Below, one piece after another: positions 43,301 through 43,674 of a stretch of 43,674 nucleotides of DNA (positions are counted from its first letter, which is position 1; each line of letters begins with the position of its first letter). Under the pieces are notes generated by a model. That model was not told where the DNA came from. It worked only from the letters and a program-made list of their open reading frames with translations, and searched no databases. The position numbers and the translations under genes are program-made. This stretch comes from Eubacteriales bacterium (GTDB lineage: Bacteria > Bacillota > Clostridia > Oscillospirales > SIG627). The stretch covers positions 1 through 43,674 of the forward strand of contig JAZNRO010000024.1 of NCBI GenBank assembly GCA_045590715.1. The letters run 5' to 3'.

Positions 43301-43334
43301 AGAAAAGAGGCTTTTGCCTCTTTTCTCTTTTTTG
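43301..43334 (+). terminator. Rho-independent terminator ending the nrd operon
   Basis: Stem AGAAAAGAGGC / GCCTCTTTTCT (43301-43311 and 43316-43326), loop TTTT, then a T-run. Confidence 0.75.
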
Positions 43335-43389
43335 GGGAGAAAATTTTATAGCGAAAAATTCGATTTTTTGTAAATTTTAATAGAAAGAC

Positions 43390-43418
43390 TTGTATTCTTT
43401 TCTTCCTTGGAGTAAAAT
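43390..43418 (+). promoter_or_regulatory. Candidate sigma-A promoter
   Basis: TTGTAT (43390-43395), 17-nt spacer, TAAAAT (43413-43418). Confidence 0.4.
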
Positions 43419-43481
43419 GTAAGATAAGAATGTAGTCTTCTTTTTGTACTTGCAAAAAGAGGTTTGATTAAAGGAGTTTTT

Positions 43482-43674
43482 ATGGCAAATATTCCGGATG
43501 GAAATAAAAAGATAGAAGATTTACAGAAAAAGTCTGTGAAAGCCAGCGCCAAGGCGCAAGCACAGCGGAGAAAAAAAAGGCTTATCACCGTTTTTTGTAT
43601 CATCGTTGTGGTTCTGCTATTACTTTTTGGTGCCTATCACCTGATCTTAAATCATTACCTTGGAAAACTGAATT
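43482..43674 (+). CDS. 5' end of a membrane-anchored protein (possibly LytR-CpsA-Psr family); continues beyond the window
   Basis: AAAGGAG RBS and ATG 43482. MANIPDGNKK...AQRRKKRLITVFCIIVVVLLLLFGAYHLILNHYLGKLN is a basic cytoplasmic tail, one TM helix and a YL.K.N start, as is common in LCP proteins. Only 64 codons are visible. Confidence 0.4.
   Translation, partial: MANIPDGNKKIEDLQKKSVKASAKAQAQRRKKRLITVFCIIVVVLLLLFGAYHLILNHYLGKLN

Noticed and set aside
1-43674. Looked for CRISPR arrays, tRNA/rRNA genes, IS elements or transposases, integrases, toxin-antitoxin pairs and known defence-system genes.
   Set aside because: I found none. No repeat-spacer periodicity, cloverleaf-like GC-rich segments in intergenic DNA, or DDE or tyrosine-recombinase-like translations were seen in the ORF track.

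Overview
A 43.7-kb chromosomal window that looks like a spore-forming Bacillota (Clostridia-type) genome. This is inferred from spoIIE, strong GGAGG-type Shine-Dalgarno sites, sigma-A-like promoters and gene content. I found no rRNA, tRNA, CRISPR array, IS element or integrase.

Left to right:
- 3' end of an MsmX/MalK-type ABC ATPase, an NSS-family sodium symporter, and GTP-dependent PEP carboxykinase (minus strand).
- A long plus-strand operon: M16 peptidase pair, lgt, folD, and three tandem secreted or lipoprotein trigger-factor-like paralogues.
- A divergent LysR regulator.
- A compact six-gene phage-derived operon (portal, scaffold-like, P22-coat-like capsid, then three unassigned proteins). 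Its order mirrors P22 genes 1-8-5-4-10-26, but it has no terminase, tail fibre, lysis or integration genes.
- rnhA and mnmA.
- A 12-kb seven-gene locus behind a near-consensus promoter: a 1057-aa solute-binding protein with tandem CBM-like modules, two MalF/MalG-type permease pairs, an NHL-propeller/TPR/Yip1 membrane protein and a 949-aa secreted protein of unknown family. It has no ATPase and no regulator.
- Convergent rpsO-pnp, a small membrane ORF, spoIIE with a 21-bp-spacer promoter, and a small lipoprotein.
- An operon preceded by two NrdR boxes: nrdG, nrdD with a C-terminal glutaredoxin-like domain, and a thioredoxin-reductase-like flavoprotein lacking the NADPH HRR motif.
- 5' end of a membrane-anchored protein.

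Best candidates for undescribed biology are the orphan capsid/portal-closure operon (12.9-18.8 kb) and the CBM-SBP/NHL-Yip1/unknown-protein ABC locus (20.8-33.0 kb). Next come the self-contained thiol-reductant class III RNR operon and the extracytoplasmic trigger-factor-like triplet. All functional calls come from reading the translations from memory; no database search was run.
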